A stretch of DNA of 64,000 bases from Lama guanicoe (taxonomy: Eukaryota): the NCBI GenBank assembly GCA_013239625.1, contig MU053758.1, forward strand, positions 372,001-436,000. Direction: 5' to 3'. The position numbers were made by a program, and so were the translations under genes. The notes beneath the pieces are model-generated. The model did not search any database. It saw only the letters and a list, made by a program, of their open reading frames with translations, and was not told the DNA's origin. Positions 48,307 to 60,439 of the stretch are shown here, in pieces (position 1 is the stretch's first letter; every line of letters starts with the position of its first letter).

Positions 48307-49258
48307 CAGCAATGACTCTGGCCTCAATGGCTCTCAACTCCATGGAAACAGAAGGTGAGAAGAAATTTATCCCTGAAGCTTGCTATCTCAGTAACCACCT
48401 AGAGACTCTGCAGTTTGATGGCTGTTAAAGTACAGGTAGCTTCTGTGCCTAGGTTTGAAAAAGAGGATTGATTAAACAATGGGAAGAAGGACAGTATTAA
48501 TTAGGTCAAATATGGTGGAGAAACAGGAGCCAGGTATGCCTCACATTAACCACGTGTTTCTAAAATGTGCTGGCAAACCAAATCACCTACCAAGCACTTC
48601 AGGGGATGTTAATATTTCAAAGTGCTTTGCAATGGTCCTTTTAAAAATTTGGGAGGGATATCTTTCTTTTAAAAAAATTACATTAAATAAACTAAAAAAA
48701 TTCCATAAGCCCACCCATGTTTTCAAGACTGCTATGTGTAGAGAAAAACGTGCCTGTGGCACACTCTTCCTTTAATTAGCCGATTCAAATTGAAATGGGA
48801 ACTATTTCACAATTCTGTAAGCTGTAAGTAATTGATGGGCAAGCAATTTCTGATTGGTCTGATAGACGTTTGATTGTTTTCCCTCCTTTCCTTGTGGAAA
48901 AAAATCAGTTTTGCCCCCACTGGCAATTTCTTTCAACATTCTAATGGAAGTTTTCACATATTGAGGTGTGGGGAAGTCATCCTGGCTTATAGATGATTTA
49001 TTTAACTTGAATTTTATGCTAACTAAAACAGCTTGGATTCTACTTTATACTGGCACTTGGTACCAAGCCCTCTGAGGACTCCCCTTTCTGCCGCCCCACC
49101 ATCCCTCCTGGGCTTCACAGCACTCTTCAGGGGCTTCGGTGACTTTTTCCTGCTATCTAGATATCCTTTTATTAAGTGATGGTCCATGACTTTTATTTGA
49201 GCTGTTATCTTAAGATTTGGAGTTTTAAATGGGTAACAGTTCATCACCCAGGAGAAAA

Positions 49259-49361
49259 GGACCTAGGGAGAATTCCTTGGCAGAAGACCTGGGGGAAATT
49301 CCTAGGCAGGGACCTAGGTGGAATTTTTAGGCAAAGGACCTAGAAGAAATTTCTAGGCAGG
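49259..49361 (+). repeat. Four diverged ~26-bp tandem units in the ERV leader
   Basis: ggacctagggagaattccttggcaga / agacctgggggaaattcctaggcag / ggacctaggtggaatttttaggcaaa / ggacctagaagaaatttctaggcagg. Confidence 0.85.
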
Positions 49362-49707
49362 AAAGGGCTAGAAGGAACTCTGGAGTGAACTAGGTTGACT
49401 GACTTTTTTTTTTTTAATGTGGCTTAAAATTGGAAAGGTTTATACTTTATCATAAAATGAAACTGTAAAAAAAAAACAAAACCAAAACCAAAAAACGTGG
49501 GAAATGATGCTTCTAAAGCCTACCAGCTCCCAGATAGTTACCTACTGGAACTGCCCACCCACTGGAACTCCTGCTGGCCTCATGGATAATTGTTACCAAG
49601 CCAATACTTGCAAGTAGTTATCTAACCCTAAAATGGCCAGAATGGAGTTCTTTTGACATTCCAAAACTGGTTTTAGCATGTGCAGTTAAAGAAGGCTGGC
49701 TTGAGGT

Positions 49708-49825
49708 GGGGAGGGTATAGCTCAGTGGTAGTGTGTGCTTGGCATGCACGAAGTCCTGGGTTCAATCCCCAGTACTTCCATTAAAACAAACAAAAAAACC
49801 TAATTCCACTCCCAATCCCTCAAAA
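49708..49825 (+). mobile_element. Vic-1-type SINE in the ERV
   Basis: Consensus match; TSD aaaga(ag/ca)gctggctt. Confidence 0.88.
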
Positions 49826-51025
49826 AAGACAGCTGGCTTAATAAAACATCTTTTCAAAATTCTGACCCAGAGAGAACAAAACTACACCTGGGAGAAAACT
49901 TGAAGTTATAACTCTTACTAAGTCCTTGAAATGCAAACACAGGCCATGTTGCCTTGACTGCTGATGTTATCAAAATTAATTTGTAAAAGAGCTCTATTTG
50001 ACTTAAAAGTAAACACTTACAAATAAATATTTCTAAATGTAGCAAAAAACCAACCCCAATGTTTTAAAGGATTATGTGATCTAGGATTAATCTTTCATGA
50101 ACGAAAATAACTTTTAAGTTGTTGGTTTTATTAATACAGGCATGTCTTTAGAGTCATCAATTAAGTATAATACTTTTAATGTACCTAGGTTTACTGAAAG
50201 CCGATAAACTTATGGTTATCTCTGTTATAAAATTTGTCAACAAGAAAATTAACTTGATATGATGATATTGTCATAAGTAATAAAATAGAGACAAACAGGA
50301 TAAGAGTTCTCAAGTGAACTCTTTAAGAATAATTATGTTTTATGGTATGTCTACTTAAAAATAGGTTCTCCAGATTTTTGGTAACTCAAAACTTTAGAGT
50401 TTTTCTAAATTAATTTAAATAATGGAACTCATTGAATATCCAGATCATTTTCAATTAAGATAAAATACTAAAACACTAGTTGCTAAGCAAGTCTAAGTTT
50501 ACCTACTTTGTCTTCTTACTAGAGAAAAACTAAAGATGGTTGGGTTTATTGGAAGAGAAAATGTATGTTTCTACAGGTTATGAGATGTATTCATGAGTTT
50601 GCCAATCAGGAAATGCTGGTATGACAAACAGTTCACAAATTGCTTGTTTCTTGGCTTTCACTAGAGATTAAGGTTTTTTTAGGGCTAAAAACTATAATAT
50701 ATATGTAATTAAAGCCACTAGAAATAATAAGGGAAACATTTCAGTATACAAGGAAAATTAACACGTGTGTTTTTAGTAGAAGACGGTATGAGGAAAGGAA
50801 ATAAATCTTGTTAAGGGAAAAGAAGATGATTTTGTCCTAAAGTGCCTCAAAGAGAGATATTAAGCTAGTTAGGCTTATTCGGTATGTTAAATTACATGGG
50901 AAGCATTGTCAGGTAAGAAGTAACATTAAGCCTTCTTTATGTTATGTCTTTATAAATATATATTGTAAACATTCCAGAAATTATGTGAAATTCCTGAAAG
51001 TCTTTTACGTCCTCACAGAAAAATG

Positions 51026-51580
51026 TTAACTGTCATGAAAATTGAGGCTCACTCAAAAGGGACTAAACCTGAGTATTAGGGAAATGCCTTAGCTTACTTT
51101 CATGCCAAGGCAACAACAAGGGAATACGTAAAGATTATGGCACGTGTAGATAAAGTCCATTCTGCTTTTGCAAAAATAAGCCCCTCATTGTCAGACTTTT
51201 GCCATCCTATGCCTTGTAACATGACAGCAATCTGCTCCTAAGTCAGAGGAATTAAGATGGGTAAACAATAGCTGTAAATGAAACAGTGGAAGCTGAGAAA
51301 CCCAATACGGCTGCTTGGCTCTTCCTGGCTCCCTGGCGAACCGTATTTTTGTTTGATGGGGTTAAGCCTTCTCTTGCTGCAAGGCTGATGTCCTCACATG
51401 ACAGAGAAACTGTTAGAAAATGTATTTTCCACTTAAGATATGCTTTCCACAATCTCCAGTAATCAAGGCACCCCCTTCACGGGGCAAATCATAGGAACCT
51501 TAACAAAAACCTTTCAAACATTGAAATTATCACTGTCCCTATCATCCTCAATAATTGGGCAAGGTCAATAAAACTAATGG
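51026..51580 (+). pseudogene. ERV pol remnant (RNase H C-terminus and integrase core)
   Basis: LTVMKIEAHSKGTKPEY*GNALAYFHAKA; TISSNQGTPFTGQII; HCPYHPQ*LGKVNKTNG; stops and deletions. Confidence 0.8.
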
Positions 51581-51685
51581 AAAAACTAGACTCAAGCAGA
51601 ACAAAAATCAATTACATGGGATTGGATTAATTAGTAAATATGAGTATGATTTTTGTGACATTTTGTCTGAAATACTCTGGCTTTT

Positions 51686-51813
51686 TTATTAACCTTTTTT
51701 GGTGGGGGTAATTAGGCTTATTCATCTATTTATTTAATGGAGGTACTGGGACTTGAACTCAGGACCTTGTGCATACAAGGCACATACTCTACTACTGAGC
51801 TATACCCTCCCCC
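51686..51813 (-). mobile_element. Vic-1-type SINE in the ERV
   Basis: Consensus match; long TSD tgtc(t/a)gaaatactctggctttt. Confidence 0.88.
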
Positions 51814-52112
51814 TGTCAGAAATACTCTGGCTTTTAATCTTTGTTTCCCTGATAAAAGGAAAGCTATGGCTTAGAGCAATTTGTTAAATTATACCTTTGG
51901 AAGTAGAATTGAAGCATTTTGGTTTTTTTTTCTACCTGATCCCTCCAGAATTTGGAAACTCTTAGGTTCCCAGCAGCCTTTCCAAGTGAATAATGAAAAG
52001 GACTTCAAGATATTTTGGAACTTGAGAAGAGAGGAAGCCATCTAAATGTGTAGGTATTGCAGGCAGAATCTGATGGCAAGTCTTTGCCATAGCTTTGGCA
52101 AAGTTCCAGCAA

Positions 52113-52186
52113 CCAGAAACTAACACAACATTGTAAATTGACTATACTTCAGTTTAAATAAATAAATAAACAAATACAATTAAATA
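52113..52186 (+). mobile_element. Very short L1 3'-terminal insertion
   Basis: cagaaactaacacaacattgtaaattgactatacttca plus A-rich tail; TSD aaagtt(c/g)cagcaa. Confidence 0.7.
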
Positions 52187-52479
52187 AAAGTTGCAGCAAA
52201 GCCAAATTTAAAAGAGCCTATATGATCAATTACACTTATGTAAATAAGCAGGCCAAGTTTATTGAAACCAGACTTATTCTGCAAACAAATTAGTCTTAAT
52301 TTGACTATATTCGATAAAAATGAGGGTAAATTTAGAAAGAAAAACTATATTTCAATAATATAACTTTGTGGATACTGAGGTTTTGTATATACTTTGTACG
52401 TCCAAGATGCCTCTTTGTTGTTGTTACATTATTGTAAAGTTTAATTAAATTTTTAAAAGGATATTCTAAGCTTGTTTCT

Positions 52480-52708
52480 TTTCTTTTTTTTCAAAATAGA
52501 CTTTATTTTTTAGAGCAGTTTCAGGTTCACAGCAGAATTGAGCAGAAAATACAGAGAGTTTGCACATAAACCTCCCCACCCACACATATATACTCCCCTA
52601 CCCTCAACATCCAGTGTGGCACATTTGGTACAATTGATGAACCAACATGGACACATTATTATCAACCAAAGTCCATAGTTTACATTAGGGTTCACTCTTG
52701 ATGTTGTA
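52480..52708 (-). mobile_element. L1MC-like 3' end inserted in the ERV
   Basis: gtgaaccctaatgtaaactatggactttgg... on the minus strand with poly-A; 15-bp TSD tctaagcttgtttct at 52465-52479 and 52709-52723. Confidence 0.8.
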
Positions 52709-52767
52709 TCTAAGCTTGTTTCTGAAGCTGATTATAGTAATCTTTCTTTCAGTGAAGATCAGATGCT

Positions 52768-52930
52768 CCATGACCTGCAACCAGGGGATTACACATACTG
52801 GAAAAGCCATCATTTAAAGGTCTCTCTCCAACCTAGATGGAAGAAGTCTTATCAGGTATTCTTAAGTAGCTCATGCACAGTGAAACAAAACAGAAATGAC
52901 TCTTAAAATTCATATTTCCCACTTAAGAAG
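52768..52930 (+). pseudogene. ERV integrase C-terminal remnant
   Basis: HDLQPGDYTYWKSHHLKVSLQPRWKKSYQVFL resembles the LQPRWKGPYQVLL (GPY) region; followed by IHISHLRR. Confidence 0.75.
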
Positions 52931-53089
52931 GGCCTCTGCACTGGACTGGTCTATAGAAAGGTGACCTCAATCGACACCCACGTGAGGATGAGAAGACAAC
53001 ATCAGTGGTAGACAGCTGACCCAAGAATCCGGACCAGGCCTGTAAGACCCATTGTACTAACTGAATTAGTCTCCCTATCAAAACTGAAA

Positions 53090-54350
53090 GTTATCGGTTT
53101 ACTTCTAGCCATTCTTTTGCCCCAAAATTCAGGATGGAAAGAAAATTCTTTAGTAAAATTGTCACAAAGTGTAGCTACTGGGGCAATCTAACTGATTGTT
53201 GGACCTGTCATCAAATTTCCCAGTCAGTACAAGATCTATATAGGCCCTCATAATCCTGTCACCAACTTTTCAGATGTTCCTAACATTACCACTTACCTAG
53301 ACCTACCTCCTTCTGGCCTAACCATGCAGGTTCAAATTCTTCAACATATTAATATGTCCATCCCTTTTCTGATAGTATCATTGATTCTTAGAGACCGGAC
53401 ACAACTTATCCTAGGACTCCCTCAGTCCATCCATTACTTAGTAAACAAACGTCTCAAAGAGAAAAAACAAGGTAATTATGCTTGCAACTCCCTTATGCCA
53501 AATACCGTATTGATGGCTTTTGGAAAGCCTGCAAGAGAAATGCAGGTTTAATACCATGTTAGCAAAACTTCCAATTAATGAGGCTATCAATGAGAGCACT
53601 CTGGGAGGGATCAGTTGTGCCCCTCCAGGTTTTATCTCATATGTGGTGTTGGAATTAACCCACCTTCCCAAGGATAGGCACACAAATGTTTTAATAGCTG
53701 TCAGACAGAAGGTTTATGCTTATGGGGACATTATGTTACTCCCTGGTCTAAACACAAGGAAACAGATGAACTTCCTTTCTGTCCCTGTTACAGAGTCAAG
53801 AGATCCATGTTAACTGGATACCAAGATACTTGGTGGCCAAGTCTTTCGGAATCTTAATTCCTAGTGAAGGACTATATGTAAACAGAGAGATAATCAGAAA
53901 TCTATCAGCCACCATTGGTCAAAAAGCCAAAGAAACTGCAAAAAACATTGCAGCACAACAAACATCCCTAAACTCCTAGCCGAAGTAGTATTAGGTAACA
54001 GGATTGCCTTAGATTTTCTGCTGGCTAAACAAGGAGGTATTTGTGTTATTTCTCATGTTACTTGTTGCACTTATACCAATACCTCTGGAGAAGCTGAGAC
54101 ATACCTAGAAAAAATTTCCCAAAAGGCAAAATGATTACAAGACATAAAACAAACAAACAAACAAAACAACAACAAAAACCCTTGACCTTATAAGTGATCT
54201 ATTTAGTTGGCTCCCCTCAGGAATAGACAATTTGTCCACTTTAATTTATAGATGATTGTCTGTATCATTGTCATAGTATGTATTATTATTCTTTTCCTAG
54301 CTATCAAGCTACTCATGACGTGTATCACTGCTTTCTTTAAGCCTACTGCT
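53090..54350 (+). pseudogene. ERV env remnant (gamma-type SU-TM)
   Basis: SU motif DCWTCHQ (~53195); TM LAEVVLGNRIALDFLLAKQGGICVISHVTCCTYTNTSG with immunosuppressive domain and CX6CC; frameshift near 53975, stop near 54131. Confidence 0.88.
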
Positions 54351-55331
54351 AAAGGCAATGTTTATGTAACATTTTGATATAATTGATAAAATGTATAGCC
54401 TATAAAATGCTTCCCCAGCAGCATTTACTGGTATGCTGTTCACTATGTCTGATTAGTTTCTCCCCAGTGTGGATAACTAGGGACATCTCTATACATACAG
54501 AAACAAACAAAAAAGGAGGCCTAGCTCCAAGGGACACAATGGTCCCAGTGCAGGCAGTAACCACCCTGGAATCAAGGGACAAATATTTTGACCATCAATG
54601 CTTTCTATCAAAAGACTTATGATCAAAAAAAAAAAAGATTTATGATCAACCTATCAAATTACCAATGGCATTTTTCACAGAATTGGAACAAAAAATTTTT
54701 TAATTTGTATGGAAACGCAAAAGACCCTGAATAGCCAAAACAATCTTGAGACAGAAGAACGGAGCAGCAGGAGGAATCATGTGCCCTGACTTCAGACTAT
54801 ACTACAAAGCTACAGTAATCAAAATAGTATGGCACTGGCACAAAAAACAGACAAATAAATCAACATAACAGGGTAGAAAGCCCAGAAATAAACCCATGCA
54901 CTTATGATCAATTAATCTACAACAAAGGAGGTAAGAATATACAATGAAGAAAATACAGTCTCTTCAATAAGTGGTTCTGGGAAAACTGGACAGCCACCTG
55001 TGAAAGAATGAAATAGAACACTCTCTAATAGCATATATAAAAGTAAACCCAAAATGGATTAAAGACCTACATGTAATACCAGATACTCTAAAACTCCTAG
55101 AGGAAAACATAGGCAGGACACTCTTTGGCATAAATCACAGCAATTTTTTTTTTAAATCTGTTTCCTACAGTAATGGAAATAGTTGCAAAAATATGGGACC
55201 TAATTAAGCATACAAGCTTTTGCACAGCAAAGGAATCCATAAACAAAATTAAAAGACAACCTATGGAGTGGAAGAAAATATTTGCAAATGATGAGGCCCA
55301 CAAGAGACTCATTTCCAAAATATACAAACAA

Positions 55332-55497
55332 GGGGGAGAGGGTATAGCTCAGTGGTTAGAATACACACTCAGCATGCAAGAGGTCCTGGGTTCAACCCCC
55401 AGTACCCCCATTAAAATAACTAAATAAATAAATCTAATTACCTCTATACAAAAATTAAAAAACAAAAATAACAAAAATTAAAAACAAACAAAAAAAC
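55332..55497 (+). mobile_element. Vic-1-type SINE in L1 in the ERV
   Basis: Consensus match; TSD aaaatatacaaaca at 55317-55330 and 55498-55511. Confidence 0.9.
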
Positions 55498-55761
55498 AAA
55501 ATATACAAACAGCTCATACAACTTAATATTAAAAAAACTCAAAAAGCCCAATCAAAAAATGGACAGAAATAGATATTTCTCCAAAAACGGATGGCTAACA
55601 GACATGCGAAAAGATGCTCAATATTAATGTAACAATATTAACTAACTAATATAACTAATTATTAGAGAAATGCAAATCAAAACTACTACTATTTACAATA
55701 GCCAAGATATTGGAAGTAACCTAAATATCCATAGACAGATGAATGGATAAAGATGTGGTAC

Positions 55762-55770
55762 ATATATATA

Positions 55771-55829
<59 letters not shown>

Positions 55830-55831
55830 AT
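55762..55831. repeat. Compound (TA)n(TG)n(TA)n microsatellite in L1
   Basis: Seen directly. Confidence 0.95.
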
Positions 55832-56327
55832 GAATAATGGAATATTACTCAGCCATAGAAAAGAATGAAATAATGCAATTTGCAACCATTTGCAACAACA
55901 TGGATGGACCTAGAGACTAACACATTTAGTGAACTAAGACAAAGACAAATATCACTTATATGTGGAATCTTAAAAAAATTATACAAATGAACTTATTCAC
56001 TAACCATAAATAGACTTACAGACATAGAAAACAAACTATGGGTACCAAAGGGGAAAAGGTGGAGGAAGGGATAAATTAGGAATTTGGGATTAATAGATAC
56101 ACAGTACTATATATAAAATAGATAAACAACAATGACTTATTGTATAGCACAGGGAACTATATTCAATATCTTGTAATAACCTATTCAATATCTTAAAATA
56201 ACTTTCAGAAAATAATCTGAAAAAGTATAACTGTTTCACTTTGCTGTATACCTAAAACTAACACATCATTGTAAATCAACTATATTTCAGTAAAAACAAA
56301 CAAAGATTTATGATCAAAAATGGGAAA

Positions 56328-56844
56328 TAATGGAAGAAATTTTCACATCTAGAGGTGGGGGGAAGTCATTCTGGCTTGTAGATGATTTAACTTGAATTTT
56401 ATGCTAACTAAAACAGCCTGTTTGTGGCCTATCAGACATACATTATATATCTGCTTTACTCATCAAAGGAAAGGATACATTGACCTGAAGTAAAGAATGT
56501 CCATGTTAAAAATAAAGATTAAAGATTGGCCTTTCTTCCTGGGACATCAATGCTGGTCCTCCTTCGATGATAAGACTCCCTTCCCAGGTGTGAAGGCCAC
56601 CCTGACTTGCTGGGTACATGCTGATCTGTGTTTTTGAAACCTTGAAGGAATGTATCTCTGACTTTTTTTTTTTTAATCCCTGACTTATTTGATGCTCTTT
56701 GTTCTGACAAGATAAAAAACTGTGCTAAAAACCATACTTCTCCAGAGCAGTTCCTCAGAGTTATCTGAGGGGCTGTCTCCCAGGTTATAGTCCCTGGTTT
56801 GGCTCAAATACAATTTTTTTCTATTCCTATTATTTGCGTCAGCA
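56328..56844 (+). mobile_element. 3' LTR of the provirus
   Basis: First ~90 bp repeat 48942-49032; ends ...gcgtcagCA followed by TSD ATTC. Confidence 0.8.
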
Positions 56845-57360
56845 ATTCCTTTTCTCAGACAAATTGTGCTGCCTTTTTTGAATCAGCTGAACCATTTGAC
56901 TATCATCATTAAATGAATTAAATAAAATCTTTAACATGTGTTCATTTTTATACCCGTGAGTCATGACTTAACTATTTTGGTGAAAATAATCTTAATATTT
57001 CAGTTTTTCATGCATACAAGTATATGTTTGACATAGTTATAGTCATAGCCCTTACAAAAATTTTTTTTTCACTTTCATACTTACCATGAGGTAAAAAAAA
57101 CTTTTTTATATTGCTGGAAAACTTCATAATTACTGGGATTTTTGGGGTGGTGGTTGTTCCATAAGTGACTCTACCATAATTGACTTCCCCGTTCTCTAAC
57201 CATTGATATTTAAGTTATTCATTAAACAACCTTTAAAAAGGAAAGATTCTGCATCTATTTAACCGCCTTGTAAGTCTTGGAATTGGACTATCCCTACTAT
57301 CTTTACCATGTAAAATGATACCAATGTCTAAGTGAGAGGACTCCATATAACACACTTATA

Positions 57361-57361
<1 letters not shown>

Positions 57362-57393
<32 letters not shown>
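57362..57393. repeat. (CA)n microsatellite
   Basis: Seen directly, ~16 units. Confidence 0.95.
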
Positions 57394-57395
<2 letters not shown>

Positions 57396-60300
57396 GTTTG
57401 ACCCGCCAAAAATATGTTCGTGGGAAGTGGGTGTTCCAAGCACTTTGAAGAAAAAGCAAAGAGACCATTTTGACTGCAGAGGATCCTTCTGCTACATGTA
57501 GAAAGCTGATTAGTGTACATGTCTAGGTGTCTCTCCTGATGCCCAGCCAACTGCTTTGTACATAGAAGGTGTTCAAGTAATGTGCCTGTGACTTCACCCG
57601 CAGTCAGGGCACTTTCTAAGGAACTTGTTTCTAAGAGCCGTCTACACCAAGAAAAGGGTGCCCTAAAAACAACCATGAATAGCTCCTTTCAGGGAAAGTT
57701 ATTTTCCCCATAAGGTGGGAGGAAGATGAACAAGAAGGAAAAGAGAAAAACAAGCCTGGAAGCTCCATGGCCCCCAGCCAAGCAGCCCCATCGGACACAT
57801 ATCAAAATGCGAGTACTCACAAGAGGCACTGGGCAACAATTGCTGTTCCCATTTTGCCAGTAAGAGTAGTAAGAGTGAAGGAAGGAGTAGGAACCCCTTG
57901 CAAGGCCTTGGCCAAGCCACCGTATTTTTCTGGGCCTCCCTTTTCTCATCTGAAAACAAGAGAAATACCAGGGGGGTCTTAAAAGCTCTCTTCTGATTTA
58001 ACAAGAATCCTGATTCTGTGTTTGTACACACTGTACACACGCCTACAACATTCCCTCATACACTGCAGCATGTCCACTCCCTACTTCATCCCTGGTACAT
58101 ATACCAAGGCTTTCTTTTGGTAGGACCTCAGTTCAGAGGAGCAAAAGCAGGACTCTCTTTTTTCATTGACTACTTAAAGGAAGGGTCTCAAACTGAGAAA
58201 CAGAGTGTGTCAACTGTAGCACAAACAGCCTTCTGGGGGTTTTGTTATTAGCCTACTATTTATTTGCTTTGTCCCGTGGGTGACTTAGGAACAAAAAGAC
58301 AATGAAAACAACATTTTCAGATCTGTATTTTTCCCACACACTCTGAGTTGGAGCTTAGAGGAGGGGACATAGTCCAATTTTTTTTGACAACTGGAAAGAC
58401 CCGCCAACGTACTGCCTCAGTCTTCACACTCAGGCTCAGAAAACCCCTCAGGGTTCGTCATGTGGATTTTTCTGTTTCTGGTTTGTCTGGTGCAAATTAT
58501 GGATGCTCTCTGATTTCCTGGTTGTCACTCTCTGGCCCTGGAGGGGGTGGCTGATAGGGCTGAGGCCTGCTTTGCTCTACAGTGGGGGCAACTGTACTGT
58601 TCACCCTGTGTTTGTTCTATCATCACCCCTGAAAAGACAGCAATGCCAGCCTCTGGCCTGTGAGCTCCCCCTGCAGCCAGCCCTCTCATAAATAACCCGT
58701 TGTCAGGGATTTTAATGGAAACCCTCTGGAAGCTGTAAATCTTTGCCGCTCCCTCCTGCATCCTCTCCCTCATTTCCATCACAATATCACTCCAGAGGGA
58801 CCTGAGACCAAAGCGTGAGCTTGGCAGAGCAGATTGGTAGGACACTGGGGAAAGAAAGAGGCAGGATGGGGGAGGGGAATAAAGCTGGGACAGTTGGTCT
58901 TGGGGAAGCATCTGCTGCGTGGCCAGTTGACGATGGTCACCTGGGTCCCCAAGGCCCTGGAAGGGGGAGGGGCAAGATGGCCCTGGGCCACCTGGAGGGA
59001 AGAGGGAAGAGGACAGGATGGCAGAGAGGTTTCTGGAAAAGCAGCAGATGCGCCTCGGGTTCCACCTCAGTCCTCTCCAGTGTGAATTTAAGCACCACAT
59101 AGCAGGCTTTCAGTGTCTGCTTGGGGTTAAGCCATACTTTTGCCTCTACCCTCCTGCCTGGGCAGATCAGCTGTTAAAGGGGCAGTGTCCTGTGTTGGGA
59201 GGAAAACTTTTCCTCTTCTTAGTTCCAAAAGGTAACAAAGTTTATACGCATATGAGCACTCAGTAGTGAGTAATCCCCCAAATAGCTAGGGATTAAGGTT
59301 TATACATCAGCTTAGTAAGGGTGGCGGGTTCAGGGCTTCAAAGAATGTAAGGCTCTGATGAGACTTGTTTACACAATTTTTTTTGGAATGTCCATGTATC
59401 CAAGGATGGTGCCTCCCTGACTGGAGATCTCCCTGGAGGGTTGGTGTGTGTGTGGTGGGGTGGGGGGTTGTGGGGGTTGTGACTGCTGATTCTTGTAAAC
59501 TTCTGCTTTATTCACCTAAGGGAAGTTCAGATAAGATTTCTTTCTGTATCTGCTGTAGCTCAAATGTTTTCACTTTAAAGTAAAAACCACCCTCAAGGGT
59601 TTTTTTTAGTTCCTTCACCAGCAATTTCTGCCATTTCTCCAACATCCTATCTGAAGTCCTGGGTACTGTCACTGGACACAATGTTCCCCATGAATCTGCT
59701 AGAAGGACATGCTCTAAGAAACTTTCCTGGACTAAAGTTTTCTGAGAAGGCCCTGTTTCTCCTCCTTGTCTCCCCTCACCTGCTGGAAAAGAACTCTACC
59801 TTCAATAGAGAGTAATGATCCTTAGTTTTACATAAATCTTCCTCCGTAGGACTAAACAATCTTTTTTTTCACAGGAGCAGCTACATTTCAGTGGCGCCAA
59901 GTCAAGCATTTGGAAAATTTTCAAGAATGGAGGGGGATGGACATGGGCAACAAGAATCTTTGGCTCCAGCCGTTAGGGAGTTTCTCAAAATTACTACGTT
60001 TCAGGACCTTAAAATCGATCCTTTGTTTCATCTTTCCTCAATCCTGAATTTGGGACCCGGGCAGAAACAGCTCTACTTGCTGCCAATCCTTTGTAGGCAG
60101 GAGTCTGGGCTTAGACAGGTGGAAATAAAAGGAAACACAATTGTCTGAATCCAGTCACTACTCCGATTTCCCACCTGTCTGAGGGTAGTCAAGATGTTGC
60201 TGTGAAAACCCAAGACTCCTGAACCCTAAGCGGCCCTCTTTATTAACCAGTTCAGTGGAGGGGCCAGGATCCCCGACACTCTGAGGAGGTGTCATGATTC

Positions 60301-60439
60301 AATAAGCCTGAGTGGTTCATCATACGTTTGTGATACCCACTCTACTGTTAAAGAAGCTCGGCCTCAGAGGTAACGCCAGCTGCCCGAGGTTACACAGGCA
60401 ATAACATATGCCTGAGATCTTGACTGGGGTCTCAATCCA

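Larger units (their letters stand above)
54650..56301 (+). mobile_element. 5'-truncated LINE-1 inserted in the ERV
   Basis: Begins in ORF2 (IKLPMAFFTELE...[20 protein letters not shown]), L1 3' UTR, 16-bp TSD aaagatttatgatcaa at 54634-54649 and 56302-56317. Confidence 0.92.
48942..56844 (+). mobile_element. Degenerate class-I (ERV1/gamma-type, MER4/MER34-group-like) provirus
   Basis: Matching LTR starts at 48942-49032 and 56328-56417, TSD ATTC on both sides, purine tract before the 3' LTR, RNase H/integrase and env remnants in correct order. Confidence 0.88.

Noticed and set aside
49259..49361. CRISPR-like array
   Set aside because: Eukaryotic DNA, adjacent diverged units with no spacers, no cas genes.
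53324..53813. Intact or domesticated env (syncytin-like) gene
   Set aside because: Only short ORF pieces; multiple stops and frameshifts, including just before the immunosuppressive domain, and the 5' LTR is mostly deleted.
58525..59100. 191-aa ORF, the longest in the track
   Set aside because: Non-ATG start, low-complexity P/S/L composition, no recognisable domain, overlapping ORFs in several frames; consistent with chance in GC-rich or LTR-derived DNA.
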